Positions 31,794 through 42,653 are shown, counted from the stretch's first letter. The stretch is 64,000 nucleotides of DNA from Campylobacterota bacterium (GCA_034661055.1 JAYEKO010000061.1:17502-81501); one strand, 5' to 3'. Notes: generated from the letters alone by a model not told the origin. Numbers and translations: made by a program.

Positions 31794-31946
31794 CTACAAT
31801 TTCATCTCTTTATGTTGAGTGTGCTCACGACACCATTTACAGTACTTACGCACTGTAAATTTCTCTGTGTGAGTCTTTTTGTTTTTAGTGGTGTGATAGT
31901 TACGTCTTGTACACTTCTCACACCCTAGGTGAATATTTTCTCTCAT
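31794..31946 (-). CDS. rpmG: 50S ribosomal protein L33 (Zn-binding type; below ORF-track cutoff)
   Basis: Manual translation MRENIHLGCEKCTRRNYHTTKNKKTHTEKFTVRKYCKWCREHTQHKEMKL. Confidence 0.97.
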   Translation of the reverse strand: MRENIHLGCEKCTRRNYHTTKNKKTHTEKFTVRKYCKWCREHTQHKEMKL

Positions 31947-31951
31947 ACTAA

Positions 31952-33151
31952 TTACTTAGTAATTTTAGCAACAACACCAGCGCCAACAGTACGACCACCT
32001 TCACGAATAGCGAAACGAGTTCCCTCTTCCATTGCGATTGGTGCGATTAGTTCAGCAGTGATTTTAACGTTATCACCTGGCATTACCATCTCAGTACCTT
32101 CTGGTAGCGTAATTGCACCAGTAACATCAGTTGTACGTACGTAGAACTGAGGACGGTAGTTAGTAAAGAATGGAGTATGACGACCACCCTCTTCTTTTGA
32201 AAGAATATATACTTCAGCTTCAAAAGTTGTATGTGGAGTGATTGAACCTGGTTTACATAGTACTTGACCACGCTCAACCTGCTCTTTATCAATACCACGT
32301 ACAAGAATACCACAGTTATCACCAGCTTCACCCTGATCCATCTCTTTACGGAACATCTCAACACCAGTTACAGTAGTTGATTGAGTATCTTTAATACCAA
32401 CAATTTCTACTGCTTCACCAACTTTGATAGTACCACGTTCGATACGACCAGTTACAACTGTACCACGACCAGAAATTGAGAATACATCCTCAACTGGCAT
32501 TAGAAAGTCTTTATCAGTCTCACGCTCTGGCTCAGGAATATAAGCATCTACTTCTGCCATTAGTTTAATGATTTTATCTGACCACTCACCAAGAGTACCT
32601 TCTTTAGCTTCTTCAAGAGCTTTAAGTGCAGATCCAGCTACGATTGGAGTATCGTCACCTGGGAACTCGTATTGATCAAGTAGTTCACGGATTTCCATCT
32701 CTACTAGCTCAAGAAGTTCTTCATCATCAACCATATCTTCTTTGTTCATGAAAACAACGATGTAAGGTACACCAACTTGTTTTGAAAGAAGAATGTGCTC
32801 ACGAGTTTGTGGCATAGGGCCATCCGCTGCAGATACAACTAGAATAGCGCCATCCATTTGAGCAGCACCAGTAATCATGTTCTTAACATAATCGGCGTGA
32901 CCTGGACAGTCAACGTGTGCATAGTGACGAATGTCTGTTTCATACTCTACGTGTGAAGTTGCAATCGTGATTCCACGCTCGCGCTCTTCAGGAGCGTTAT
33001 CGATCTGATCATAATCCATAAGCTCTGCATCACCTTTAACTGCTAATACTGCTGTAATAGCCGCTGTTAATGTAGTTTTACCGTGGTCAACGTGCCCGAT
33101 AGTACCGATGTTAACATGCGGTTTATTACGTTCAAATTTTTCTTTTGCCAT
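31952..33151 (-). CDS. tuf: Elongation factor Tu
   Basis: [25 protein letters not shown]; 399 aa. Confidence 0.99.
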   Translation of the reverse strand: MAKEKFERNKPHVNIGTIGHVDHGKTTLTAAITAVLAVKGDAELMDYDQIDNAPEERERGITIATSHVEYETDIRHYAHVDCPGHADYVKNMITGAAQMDGAILVVSAADGPMPQTREHILLSKQVGVPYIVVFMNKEDMVDDEELLELVEMEIRELLDQYEFPGDDTPIVAGSALKALEEAKEGTLGEWSDKIIKLMAEVDAYIPEPERETDKDFLMPVEDVFSISGRGTVVTGRIERGTIKVGEAVEIVGIKDTQSTTVTGVEMFRKEMDQGEAGDNCGILVRGIDKEQVERGQVLCKPGSITPHTTFEAEVYILSKEEGGRHTPFFTNYRPQFYVRTTDVTGAITLPEGTEMVMPGDNVKITAELIAPIAMEEGTRFAIREGGRTVGAGVVAKITK

Positions 33152-33260
33152 GTAGTCTCCTCTGACTCTTATTTTAATGAAATGGAATTATATCAGAAAA
33201 TTATTCAATTATTACTTACATTTAACAATTAATAAGTAATTTCTTACTCATATGCTTCAA

Positions 33261-33335
<75 letters not shown>

Positions 33336-33487
33336 AAAATAAGCAATAGCTGAATAATTTAGCTGACAACATTTATTATATACATAAATTGATATTAGTG
33401 AAGTGATAAACTGTAATATATAGTTTAATTAAGAATATTGAAGTAAAAATTATTGTACTTCAGCTTCCAGAAATAAATTAGGTTCAA

Positions 33488-33564
33488 TGGAGCGGGTGAA
33501 GGGACTCGAACCCTCGACCCTCAGCTTGGAAGGCTGACGCTCTAGCCAACTGAGCTACGCCCGC
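33488..33564 (-). tRNA. tRNA-Gly (TCC)
   Basis: GCGGGCG...TCAGC-CTTCCAA-GCTGA...GTTCGAG...CACCCGC-T-CCA. Confidence 0.97.
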
Positions 33565-33575
33565 GTCATCATTGA

Positions 33576-33660
33576 TGGTGGTGAGAGCAGGAGTCGAACC
33601 TGCGAACCCATAGGGAGCAGATTTACAGTCTGCCGTCGTTGGCCACTTGACTATCTCACC
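33576..33660 (-). tRNA. tRNA-Tyr (GTA)
   Basis: GGTGAGA...GCAGA-CTGTAAA-TCTGC, long variable arm, ...TCTCACC-A-CCA, 85 nt. Confidence 0.97.
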
Positions 33661-33716
33661 ACTAAAGTAATTTAAAATATATCTGGTCTAACACTGTTTC
33701 TAATACCCAATTTCAA

Positions 33717-33793
33717 TGGTGCTGACACGAGGATTTGAACCCCGGGCCTGTTGATTACAAATCAACTGCTCTAGCCAACTGAGCTATGTCAGC
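33717..33793 (-). tRNA. tRNA-Thr (TGT)
   Basis: GCTGACA...GTTGA-TTTGTAA-TCAAC...GTTCAAA...TGTCAGC-A-CCA. Confidence 0.97.
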
Positions 33794-33923
33794 ATTAAAA
33801 TTGAGTCAGAATTATAGACGTTTTTGTTATTAATGTCAAGCATTATCTAAAGAAATTTCAATATTTTATTTTTTACATGTAATTCTCGTATTTTTGATAC
33901 AATTTCTAAAAAAGATTAATACA

Positions 33924-34655
33924 ATGCTTTACACACTTTTTTCACCTGCTGAAAGTAAAAATTTTGGTGGCAATAACCCTACTCTAAGTAAATTGCTTTT
34001 CTCTGTAGAACTTCGTAAAGAGATTTTAGATACATATGAAGAGATTATACATGCTAACAGTAATGACGAACTCACTAAACTTTTTGGTCTTAAAAAAGAG
34101 AGTGACATCTTAAACTATAAAGACTCTATCTTCTCATCACCTACTATGGAAGCACTAAAGCGTTATGATGGTGTCGCCTATGACTATTTAAAATATCAAG
34201 ATTTACATGTAAATGAGCAGAACTACCTTAAAGAGCATGTCATTATTTTCTCTAATCTTTTTGGACCTATTATGGGTGGGGACCTCATTCCTAACTACAA
34301 GGTTAAGCAAGGAGAACATATTAGAGGTATTGCACCTGAACAGTACTACAAAAAAGCTATTACTGAGAGTATGAACTCACTACTGAAGGGTTCAAATATT
34401 TTAGATCTGCGTGCAGGTTATTATAATAAGTTTTACACCGCTTCACAACCGTACCATAGTGCTAAATTTTTAAAAGATGGAAAAGTTGTAAGTCACTGGG
34501 CAAAAGCATATCGAGGAATTTTACTCCGTGCTCTTGCTATTAATAAAATTGAAACGGTAGAGGAGTTTGTTAAAATGGAAGTTGAGAACTTAAAAGTTAA
34601 AGATATTTTACATGTAAAAAATAGAACTGAAATTGTATATGAGATCATACAATGA
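33924..34655 (+). CDS. yaaA: YaaA family peroxide-stress protein (start probably MLYTLFSPAE)
   Basis: LFSPAESK, RYDGVAY, FSNLFGPI, VVSHWAKAYRG. Confidence 0.85.
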   Translation: MLYTLFSPAESKNFGGNNPTLSKLLFSVELRKEILDTYEEIIHANSNDELTKLFGLKKESDILNYKDSIFSSPTMEALKRYDGVAYDYLKYQDLHVNEQNYLKEHVIIFSNLFGPIMGGDLIPNYKVKQGEHIRGIAPEQYYKKAITESMNSLLKGSNILDLRAGYYNKFYTASQPYHSAKFLKDGKVVSHWAKAYRGILLRALAINKIETVEEFVKMEVENLKVKDILHVKNRTEIVYEIIQ

Positions 34656-34894
34656 GTAAGCAATATTTTATAGATAGTCCTGAGAAGATGACGCTAAAAG
34701 AAGATGTTAAATTTGCTTACTGTAGTTGTGGACTAAGTGAAACCTTTCCACTATGTAACGGAAATCATCGCGGTACAGAATTCAAGCCTATAAAAATAAC
34801 ACCCAACAAGGATACAACAGTGATGTTATGTCGATGTGGAAAATCAAAAACTAAACCTAAGTGTGATAATTCACACCTAAATGGAGATACATAA
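34652..34894 (+). CDS. Tandem CDGSH-type [2Fe-2S] (NEET) protein
   Basis: Two motifs: CSCGLSETFPLCNGNH and CRCGKSKTKPKCDNSH. Confidence 0.9.
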   Translation: MSKQYFIDSPEKMTLKEDVKFAYCSCGLSETFPLCNGNHRGTEFKPIKITPNKDTTVMLCRCGKSKTKPKCDNSHLNGDT

Positions 34895-34895
34895 T

Positions 34896-35216
34896 ATGCC
34901 TACAATTGAAACAATTAATAGTACTATTGAAAATAACTTAGCTGTAGTGCTCTATTTTAGTGCGCCAACTTGCAATGTCTGCCATGCACTTAAACCTAAA
35001 CTTTTTGATGCCATTAAAAACAGCTTCAAGACTTTTGAGATTATCTCTATTGATATATCACAGACTCCTGAAATTGCTTCACACTTCAGCGTCTTTACTA
35101 TTCCTACCCTCTTGGTATTTCTAGATTCAAAAGAGTTTTTACGAAAAAGCCGTCATATGAGTGTCGATGAAGTTATTAGAGAGATTAAACGACCTTATGA
35201 CATTATGACAACATAA
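34896..35216 (+). CDS. Thioredoxin-family protein (CNVC)
   Basis: YFSAPTCNVCHALKP, VFTIPTLLVF; GGAG RBS favours ATG at 34896. Confidence 0.88.
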   Translation: MPTIETINSTIENNLAVVLYFSAPTCNVCHALKPKLFDAIKNSFKTFEIISIDISQTPEIASHFSVFTIPTLLVFLDSKEFLRKSRHMSVDEVIREIKRPYDIMTT

Positions 35217-35220
35217 AAGA

Positions 35221-35979
35221 TTATAGTTTAAACGCTATAAGCGCTGCTGTCACTGCAACATTTAGTGATTCAACTCCCCTATTCATTGGAATTGCAACAG
35301 AGTTGTTGCACAGCGAGAGTACATCACTACTCACTCCCTCACTCTCATTTCCTAAAATGAAAATAGATTTTTGTGGAATCTCTAACGTCTCTAAACTCTT
35401 AAGTGCATGAGAACTTAGCGCATAGATTTCACTACTACCACAGAGTGGTTCAAGTGATTCTTCAAGGTTATCACAGTAAAAAATCTCTATTTTAAAAAGA
35501 GCTCCACTACTCGCTTTCATCACAAGAGGAGAGAGTTTAGCACTATTCTTTTTTGGCAGAATAACACCATCTATATTTCCAGCAGCAGCTGAGCGTAGAA
35601 TCATTCCAAGATTTTGTGGATTATGAATACCATCAAGAGCTAAGAGTCGGTAGCCATCTTCAAAATACTCTTCAATACGATTTACATGTAAATATTTTGG
35701 AGTAATCACATCAATAGCAACTCCCTGATCTTGTTTAGCATTTTTAGAGATACGAGAGAGCTTAGCTTTGTTGTGATAATAGACTTCAACACCTCGTTGC
35801 TTACAGAGTGAAGTAATTTTCTTAATAACACCATCAGGCTTGTTAGAATCTGAAAGGTGCACTTTATGGATCTCTAAACTCTCATCTTCTAAAAGTTCTA
35901 CAGTAACATTCCTTCCATAAAAGGTAATAATATTATCAAAAAATGCTTTTTTCTCTAGATACTCTAGTGAATCTTTCAA
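35221..35979 (-). CDS. TrmH/SpoU family RNA methyltransferase
   Basis: LDGIHNPQNLGMILRSA, LGNESEGV, IPM..GVESLNVAV. Confidence 0.93.
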   Translation of the reverse strand: MKDSLEYLEKKAFFDNIITFYGRNVTVELLEDESLEIHKVHLSDSNKPDGVIKKITSLCKQRGVEVYYHNKAKLSRISKNAKQDQGVAIDVITPKYLHVNRIEEYFEDGYRLLALDGIHNPQNLGMILRSAAAGNIDGVILPKKNSAKLSPLVMKASSGALFKIEIFYCDNLEESLEPLCGSSEIYALSSHALKSLETLEIPQKSIFILGNESEGVSSDVLSLCNNSVAIPMNRGVESLNVAVTAALIAFKL

Positions 35980-37817
35980 TCTAATAATCCTTTACAGTGC
36001 TCAAAAAGTATATCTTCTATATTATCTATAAGGATTATACCATTTGAATCATTAGCAATATAGAGCTTTTTGTCTCCATTTTCTAACTCATAAAGTTCTA
36101 AATCTCTCACCGCACTTCTTTGGGCGATATCACCTACTGTAAAATATGCAACGCCACAGAGTCTTGGATAGGTGCTATCACTAATATCAAGAACTTTTAC
36201 ACCACCAGTAACATCAGCAACAAAGAGTGCTTTTGCATTTTTAGAACGATCAACACGAACTGTTTCACCTAAAGTATTAGCACGGCTTCCCTCGGTCAAA
36301 TAGTGTCCCACATATTTAAGCACACCGGTATCATCACTATCAAAAATTTCTACACCTTTGTCGGTTGAGACATAGAGCTCATTACTGTTTGCTGCTAAAT
36401 GAATATCGTAAGCACTCGTACCATTTTGTAGTTCAATACTATCTATAAGAACAGGAGCACTACTTGAAATATCAATAGATTTAACCCCACTGCTACCGTC
36501 TGCAATATAGACTATTTTTCTATTATTAGATACCGTAACAGCGTGAGTATCACTACCTATCTGTCCTGAACCGATGAGATATGAGCTATTTAAATCAAAA
36601 TCACTATCGCATGTTAGTGTTGTAGCATCAATAATCTTTAATCCAGCTACTCCATCTGCAATAAGCAGAAGTTCTAGATTTTTGGCATTGGTTGTCGTAT
36701 AGTGCACATCATATGCTTTTGCATTGGCAACTCCAGACCGGTATCCTCCACGCTTAGTCACTCTATATAGATCAATAAGTGTCGATGAATAAAAGAGCAC
36801 TTCGTTAGATTGAGACGCTACTGCAATACAGCGATCATCATCTCTGTCAAAATACTCCATTGAGGTTCCAAAACCACTAATGTTTTGCTCATAATTACCA
36901 ATTCTGTCACTAATGACCGCAGTGTCAATAATATCAAATCCATCATTTCCTGCAGCAACATACGCCAAAGAGTTATTATGATCTAATGCAAGATCCCAAT
37001 AAGCGAGATTTCCATCCCTATTGTACTGAGATGATAAATAGCTATCTGCAGGAAGTGTGACAATATTGTCGAGGTAATCATAATTCAAGCGTGAAGAAAT
37101 CATCGGTGTTGTGTTACTGTTTAAGTAACTTAAGACTTTTGCATCTATAAGATATAGCACTACTAATGACTCGTGATATTTAGCAGCATCACTTGCATTC
37201 ATGCTTACTAAATAACGATTGTAAAAAGTCTCTACTAAATTAAAATAGAGATCAACTGCATCTAAATTACTTGAATTATAATCACTATTTTGTCGTGTCT
37301 GAAAAATAGAGTCTGACAACATCGCTAAACGCTTATTTGAAGAGGTTATCGGCGTTGCATTTTTAATGTAATTTTCATCAAGAGTATAATGCAGTGCCAT
37401 GTTGCTAAGTGCTGTATCATAAAGTGTCTCATTGTAGTCAAATGTTGCAGTATTAAAGCCAGCGGAGGTCAAAAGAGATGTGGTAAGTTCAGTTACTGCC
37501 GTTGATCTTGAGTACAATACTGTATTAAATTCAATATCTGAAGCTGTTTTCTTACCATCAAAATCAACATCAATATAGCTTTCTACTCCATCACTTGTCG
37601 CAACAACGGGCCATGTTATAGCTTGAGAAAATGTATAGATATTTTTACTCATATCTTTTTGAATAGCAAGCTGTCCTTTAGCATCTTTAACAACAGCACG
37701 ATTAACCGGAGCAATAGAGTAAACGCTAACTTCTTCAACACTGCTTGAGCCGCTGCCGCAAGCACTAAAGAGAAATAAAATATGTACTAGGATTAGGGAA
37801 AATAAGATTGTTTTCAT
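35976..37817 (-). CDS. Lipoprotein with C-terminal LVIVD-like beta-propeller repeats (start MKTILFS)
   Basis: Lipobox LFSA-C; repeats AYVAAGNDGFDIID, LLIADGVAGLKIID, VYIADGSSGVKSIDIS, LFVADVTGGVKVLDIS. Confidence 0.8.
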   Translation of the reverse strand: MKTILFSLILVHILFLFSACGSGSSSVEEVSVYSIAPVNRAVVKDAKGQLAIQKDMSKNIYTFSQAITWPVVATSDGVESYIDVDFDGKKTASDIEFNTVLYSRSTAVTELTTSLLTSAGFNTATFDYNETLYDTALSNMALHYTLDENYIKNATPITSSNKRLAMLSDSIFQTRQNSDYNSSNLDAVDLYFNLVETFYNRYLVSMNASDAAKYHESLVVLYLIDAKVLSYLNSNTTPMISSRLNYDYLDNIVTLPADSYLSSQYNRDGNLAYWDLALDHNNSLAYVAAGNDGFDIIDTAVISDRIGNYEQNISGFGTSMEYFDRDDDRCIAVASQSNEVLFYSSTLIDLYRVTKRGGYRSGVANAKAYDVHYTTTNAKNLELLLIADGVAGLKIIDATTLTCDSDFDLNSSYLIGSGQIGSDTHAVTVSNNRKIVYIADGSSGVKSIDISSSAPVLIDSIELQNGTSAYDIHLAANSNELYVSTDKGVEIFDSDDTGVLKYVGHYLTEGSRANTLGETVRVDRSKNAKALFVADVTGGVKVLDISDSTYPRLCGVAYFTVGDIAQRSAVRDLELYELENGDKKLYIANDSNGIILIDNIEDILFEHCKGLLD

Positions 37818-37850
37818 ATTGGAGTAAAGCAATTTTAGTTCCAAAGATAA

Positions 37851-37879
37851 TTTACATGTAATTTTAAATTACATGTAAA
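37851..37879. repeat. Inverted pair of TTACATGTAA palindromes forming a 14-bp perfect hairpin after tkt
   Basis: TTTACATGTAATTT-T-AAATTACATGTAAA. Confidence 0.9.
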
Positions 37880-37885
37880 CTGAGA

Positions 37886-39805
37886 TTATTTAATTTTTTG
37901 AGCTACCGCTTGTGCACTAAAACCAAATTTTTCAAATAGTTTAGAAGCTGGTGCAGAAGCTCCAAAGCTATTCATAGCAATCACATCATCGGCTAGCTTA
38001 TACCACTCCATGCCGCGAGCCGCTTCAATAGCTACCGCTTTAACACCAGGCTTAATAATAGAGTCAATATATGATGGATCTTGCTCTATAAAAAGATCAA
38101 AACATGGAATACTAGCAACGTTAACAGGAACACCCTTCTCATTTAAAAGTGCTTTAGTCTCTAGAGCCAAACCTACTTCTGATCCTGATGCCATTAAGGT
38201 AATGACTGCATTGTCATCTTCACTCAAAAGGTATCCACCCTGCGAAGCAGAACCAAGAGCTGGTGCATCGAGCAGTGGAAGCCCTTGACGTGATGCCACA
38301 AATGCAGATGGTGAGCTCGTCATACTTAGTGCTGTTTTCCATGCCTCTACATTCTCATTTCCATCTGCCGGACGCCATACATAGAAGTTTGGCAGTGCAC
38401 GAAACTGACTTAAGTGTTCAATTGGCTGGTGTGTCGGTCCATCTTCGCCCACACCAATACTGTCGTGAGTCCAGATAAAAAACTGCTGAATGTTGCTCAG
38501 TGCTGCAATACGAGCAGCAGGTTTAAGGTAGTCACTAAATACAAAAAATGTTGCACTAAATGGCATTAATGGACCGTAAAGTGCAATAGCATTAGTAATT
38601 GATGCCATAGCATGTTCTCGAATTCCAAAATAGATGTTTCTACCTTTTGGAAAGACTCCCATATCTTTTAAATCAGTTTTATTTGATGGGCTTAGATCTG
38701 CTGAGCCTCCTAAAAATCCTGGAAGGCCACGGGCAATAGCATTCATAATTTTACCATTAGTACTTCGTGTTGCATCGGCTTTATCAAATGTCGGCCACTG
38801 GATTCTTGAAACATCTGGATTAAGTAATGAATTTAGTGCTTCATTCTGCTCTGCAAGTGGTAGTGTGTTTAGCGAATGTTTCCACTCACGCTCATACAGG
38901 TCACCTTTCTCAAGAGCACATCTAAAACGTACCATTACATCTTCATCAACATGAAACGACTTTTGCGGATCAAAACCAGCTTTAGTTTTTGCCGCTGCTA
39001 TCTCATCACTGCCTAGTGGAGCACCGTGAGAGTGGTGAGAACCTTCCATAGTGTCTGCACCTTTTGCAATTATTGTGTTTGCAATAATAATAGACGGTTT
39101 TACTGCCTCTTTTGCTTGAGTCATTGCAGCATCAATCTCATCAAAATTATGACCATCAACCTCTAAGACTTCCCAGCCTTGAGAGTTAAACCGTCCACGA
39201 ATATCTTCTGAAATACTTAAATCAGTTGAACCCTCAATTGTAATACGGTTAGAGTCGTAAATAAGTACTAAGTTATCTAGCTTATTGTGCCCTGCAATTG
39301 AACACGCTTCATAACTAATACCCTCTTCAAGGTCACCGTCACCACAGAGGACATAAACATTATGATCAATCACATCAGCGGTATCAGAGTTGACCTGAGC
39401 ACCCATAAATTTTGCCGCCATTGCAAAACCAACACCATTTGCAACCCCTTGACCAAGAGGTCCTGTAGTAATCTCAATACCTTCAGTATGACCATATTCT
39501 GGATGCCCTGGAGTTTTGGAGTCTAACTGACGGAAATTTTTTAGGTCTTCTACCTCAAGACCGTAGCCCCAGAGGTAGTAAAGTGAGTAGATTAACCCCG
39601 TTGCATGACCGCCTGAAAATACAAGACGATCACGGTTGAGCCATGATGGATTCTTTGGATTATGACGCATATGTTCACTTAACACTACTGCAATATCTGC
39701 AAGGCCCATTGGAGCACCAGGGTGTCCTGAATTTGCTGCTTGAACCATATCTGCTGCTAAAAACCTAACTGTATCTGCCATTTTTTGACGCATTGCATTA
39801 CCCAT
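37886..39805 (-). CDS. tkt: Transketolase
   Basis: SGHPGAPMG, NRDRLVFSGGH, TTGPLGQG, GDGD, THDSIGVGEDGPTHQPIE. Confidence 0.98.
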   Translation of the reverse strand: MGNAMRQKMADTVRFLAADMVQAANSGHPGAPMGLADIAVVLSEHMRHNPKNPSWLNRDRLVFSGGHATGLIYSLYYLWGYGLEVEDLKNFRQLDSKTPGHPEYGHTEGIEITTGPLGQGVANGVGFAMAAKFMGAQVNSDTADVIDHNVYVLCGDGDLEEGISYEACSIAGHNKLDNLVLIYDSNRITIEGSTDLSISEDIRGRFNSQGWEVLEVDGHNFDEIDAAMTQAKEAVKPSIIIANTIIAKGADTMEGSHHSHGAPLGSDEIAAAKTKAGFDPQKSFHVDEDVMVRFRCALEKGDLYEREWKHSLNTLPLAEQNEALNSLLNPDVSRIQWPTFDKADATRSTNGKIMNAIARGLPGFLGGSADLSPSNKTDLKDMGVFPKGRNIYFGIREHAMASITNAIALYGPLMPFSATFFVFSDYLKPAARIAALSNIQQFFIWTHDSIGVGEDGPTHQPIEHLSQFRALPNFYVWRPADGNENVEAWKTALSMTSSPSAFVASRQGLPLLDAPALGSASQGGYLLSEDDNAVITLMASGSEVGLALETKALLNEKGVPVNVASIPCFDLFIEQDPSYIDSIIKPGVKAVAIEAARGMEWYKLADDVIAMNSFGASAPASKLFEKFGFSAQAVAQKIK

Positions 39806-39808
39806 TTA

Positions 39809-40657
39809 CTATTCCTTGTGTCTATTGATATATTTAATTAAAAGTGTGGAGAGTTCTTCTTTAAGTCGAGAGTCAAAGGTCTTCATTTCATCTAAAAGCT
39901 CACCTGCTAATTCATCTGCTTCTTTAAGTGAATTTTCTAAGCCTATGAGTGTTACAAAGCTATTTTTATCCCCATCATTACTTGTAGTCTTTCCTGCCTC
40001 TTGTGAGCTCTGTGTGACATCTAAAATGTCATCTTGAATCTGAAAAAGCAGTCCTAATTTAATTCCAAAGTCATACAGCTGCTTAGCTAAGATATCTTCG
40101 CCAACAATTAGAGCACCCATCTTCAGTGACGCGGCAATGAGCTTTGCTGTCTTATTTACATGTAAAATCTTAACCTGATCTAACTCTAGAGGCTGATTCT
40201 CAAAGTGACAATCTATAATTTGACCCAAAACCATGCCGTTTAAGCCTCCATTATGAGAGAGTTCACGAATTAATTTTACTCTAATACTATCACTAAAAGG
40301 TGCCGTTGCAAGAACTTCAAAAGAGTAGGTATTAAGTGCATCACCCACAAGTACTGCCGTTACTTCATCATATTTTACATGTAGTGTAAGCTTCCCGCGA
40401 CGCAAGTCTGCATTGTCCATCATAGGGAGATCATCATGTATTAAAGAGTAGGTGTGAAGCAGTTCGACAGCATAAGCTGCATGGTATGCACCAGGAAGCA
40501 TCAGAGAGTTAAATGCTTTAACTACACCTAAAAGCAGTGCTGGACGAAATCGTTTTCCGCCTGCAAGAAGCATCTCGTGAAGTGCATTTTCGTAATGAGG
40601 ATGAAAGCCCTCAGCTTGAGGAAGATTATTTTTTAAAAAGTATTCAAACTCTTTCAT
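39809..40657 (-). CDS. ispA: Geranyltranstransferase / polyprenyl synthetase
   Basis: GGKRFRP, LIHDDLP.MD...RRG, FQIQDDILD. Confidence 0.93.
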   Translation of the reverse strand: MKEFEYFLKNNLPQAEGFHPHYENALHEMLLAGGKRFRPALLLGVVKAFNSLMLPGAYHAAYAVELLHTYSLIHDDLPMMDNADLRRGKLTLHVKYDEVTAVLVGDALNTYSFEVLATAPFSDSIRVKLIRELSHNGGLNGMVLGQIIDCHFENQPLELDQVKILHVNKTAKLIAASLKMGALIVGEDILAKQLYDFGIKLGLLFQIQDDILDVTQSSQEAGKTTSNDGDKNSFVTLIGLENSLKEADELAGELLDEMKTFDSRLKEELSTLLIKYINRHKE

Positions 40658-40959
40658 TTAGCAAACGGATTCATACCGCCAAGCGCACCCATTGCACTAT
40701 TTTTTTTATTATCTTCGACCATCTTGTTGGCATCATTAATGGCTGCAATAAGAAGAATTTGAAGTGATGATTTATCTTCTAAAAGAGTGTCATCTATATT
40801 GACATCAAGAACTTCACCATTTCCACTGATGGTTACCTGAACCATACCACCACCAGTTTTAACAGTAAACTCTTTAGAAGCGAGCTCCGCTTCCATTTTT
40901 TGGGCAGACTCTTGAAGACCTTCAAGCATCTTGCCCATATCGCCTAAATTGCCGAACAT
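40654..40959 (-). CDS. ybaB: YbaB/EbfC family nucleoid-associated protein
   Basis: GGGMVQVTISG, LQILLIAAINDA. Confidence 0.92.
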   Translation of the reverse strand: MFGNLGDMGKMLEGLQESAQKMEAELASKEFTVKTGGGMVQVTISGNGEVLDVNIDDTLLEDKSSLQILLIAAINDANKMVEDNKKNSAMGALGGMNPFAK

Positions 40960-41324
40960 TAAATTTCCTCTAATTCTTCAACAATATCATTATTTTCATC
41001 AACAATAACAACCTTTGGCTTGTACGTTTCAAGGTCTTTTTCATCATAAGTTGCATAAGCCACAACAATAACCTTATCTCCAACGTGAACCTTACGAGCA
41101 GCGGCCCCATTTAAACAAATGTCACGCTTGCCGCGCTCTCCTAAAATAATATAAGTAGAAAAACGCTCACCATTATTGATATTTAAAATTTCTACTTTCT
41201 GTCCCACTCTCATTTTTGAAGCTTCTAAAAGCTCCTCATCAATAGTAATAGAACCAACATAATTCAAATTTGCATCTGTAACCGTTGCACGGTGAATTTT
41301 GCTGTAAAGCATTTCGATTGTCAT
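40959..41324 (-). CDS. panD: Aspartate 1-decarboxylase
   Basis: [32 protein letters not shown]. Confidence 0.98.
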   Translation of the reverse strand: MTIEMLYSKIHRATVTDANLNYVGSITIDEELLEASKMRVGQKVEILNINNGERFSTYIILGERGKRDICLNGAAARKVHVGDKVIVVAYATYDEKDLETYKPKVVIVDENNDIVEELEEI

Positions 41325-41330
41325 AGCTCT

Positions 41331-41705
41331 TTATCTTCCCATCTGTTTCATCATCTCATCTGGTGTAATAGCATCATCCCATAACTCACCGTCAATGACA
41401 TATTCATCAACCACTTTACCACCAATAATATGCTCATCAACAATACGAGAAATTTTCTCTTTGTCTAGCTGTGCATACATTACATGACCTGGTTCTACTA
41501 ACATAACCGGTCCTACATTACAGCGGTTCATACACGAAGTACGAATTGGTTGCACTGTTCCAATTATACCCTTTTGCATTAATATTTGTGCTAAATGCTG
41601 AAAAAGATCCTGAGTCTCTGGATTAACACAAGACGGTTTTGGCATCCCCGGAGGATTTGATTGTTCACATTTAAAGATATAAAAAGCTGGTTGAGGTAAA
41701 CCCAT
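41331..41705 (-). CDS. Thioredoxin-like [2Fe-2S] ferredoxin
   Basis: FKC...PSC...TSCMNRCNVGPVMLVEP, IVDEHIIGG. Confidence 0.88.
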   Translation of the reverse strand: MGLPQPAFYIFKCEQSNPPGMPKPSCVNPETQDLFQHLAQILMQKGIIGTVQPIRTSCMNRCNVGPVMLVEPGHVMYAQLDKEKISRIVDEHIIGGKVVDEYVIDGELWDDAITPDEMMKQMGR

Positions 41706-41823
41706 GATTTTTCTCCATAAGAAAATTTTTGCGTGATTATATCTAAAATGAGACTAAAAAAGTATTTATTTAAAAGTATATTATTTTTTTAAGGAATATA
41801 CATGTAGTTTTAAATGGTATGTC

Positions 41824-41925
41824 ATGAAAATAACAGTGCAAGAGTGGGAGAGTGGGATAAAACATACAAAGTGTCACTGGTGGAGCTCTCCAATGTACTT
41901 GATAAGCTTTTTACACATATTTTGA
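41824..41925 (+). pseudogene. Possible relic of an XRE/HTH antitoxin C-terminus
   Basis: Short frame MKITVQEWESGIKH... resembles the TVQxWEQG-R-P end of XRE-type HTH antitoxins; weak, judged by eye. Confidence 0.3.
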
Positions 41926-41950
41926 GGTTTTATAAATAATATTTTTATTT

Positions 41951-41971
41951 TGTAATACAATATGTCATACA
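41951..41971 (+). promoter_or_regulatory. Putative autoregulatory operator of the RHH-VapC module (TGTAATACA-N3-TGTCATACA)
   Basis: Two quasi-palindromic TGTA-N-TACA boxes just upstream of the RBS; the same boxes occur at 61391-61408. Confidence 0.6.
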
Positions 41972-41992
41972 AACAACTAAAGGAAAGATATT

Positions 41993-42253
41993 ATGATATC
42001 CGTAAGATTAGAAGAGTCTATAGAAAAGCAGCTTAATGTTTTGGCTAAAGATAAGCATATATCAAAAAGTAAAATCGTCAAAGAAGCACTTTTTCATTAC
42101 TTTAATATGCTTAAAAGTGAATCAAAACAGAAATCCCCCTATGAGCTTGGAAGTGAACTTTTTGGGAATTACTCAAGCGGAAGTGATAATCTCTCCACAA
42201 CATATAAATCAAAACTAAAAGAGAAAATAGATGCAAAAAACTCTCATAGATAG
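41993..42253 (+). CDS. Ribbon-helix-helix (CopG-like) antitoxin
   Basis: MISVRLEESIEKQLNVLAK..SKSKIVKEAL; overlaps the PIN gene. Confidence 0.85.
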   Translation: MISVRLEESIEKQLNVLAKDKHISKSKIVKEALFHYFNMLKSESKQKSPYELGSELFGNYSSGSDNLSTTYKSKLKEKIDAKNSHR

Positions 42254-42641
42254 TGGACCTCTTATAGCACTGTTTGATAAAGGAGATAGGTATCATCAAG
42301 ATGTTTTAGCATTTATGAAAAACTTTCGGGGTGAACTTATAACCTCATGGTCGGTCATCACAGAAGTATCTCATATGTTAGATTTCCACTTACAGGTGCA
42401 GATAGATTTTTTGCATTGGATTGAAGCTGGTGCTGTAACATTGTATGATATTTCACAAAATGATATAGTAGATATAAGAGTTATGATACAAAAGCACATG
42501 GACATACCTATGGATTTAGCTGATGCTTCGCTAATGTATATAGCCAATAAAGAAGATATAAAAAAAATTGTAAGTATAGATAGTGATTTTGATATATATA
42601 GAACACTAAAAAAACAGAATTTAAATAATTTATTGAGATGA
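42231..42641 (+). CDS. vapC: PIN-domain (VapC) toxin
   Basis: LIDSGPLIAL, VITE, MDLADASL, SIDSDFDIYR. Confidence 0.9.
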   Translation: MQKTLIDSGPLIALFDKGDRYHQDVLAFMKNFRGELITSWSVITEVSHMLDFHLQVQIDFLHWIEAGAVTLYDISQNDIVDIRVMIQKHMDIPMDLADASLMYIANKEDIKKIVSIDSDFDIYRTLKKQNLNNLLR

Positions 42642-42653
42642 TATAATACTATT

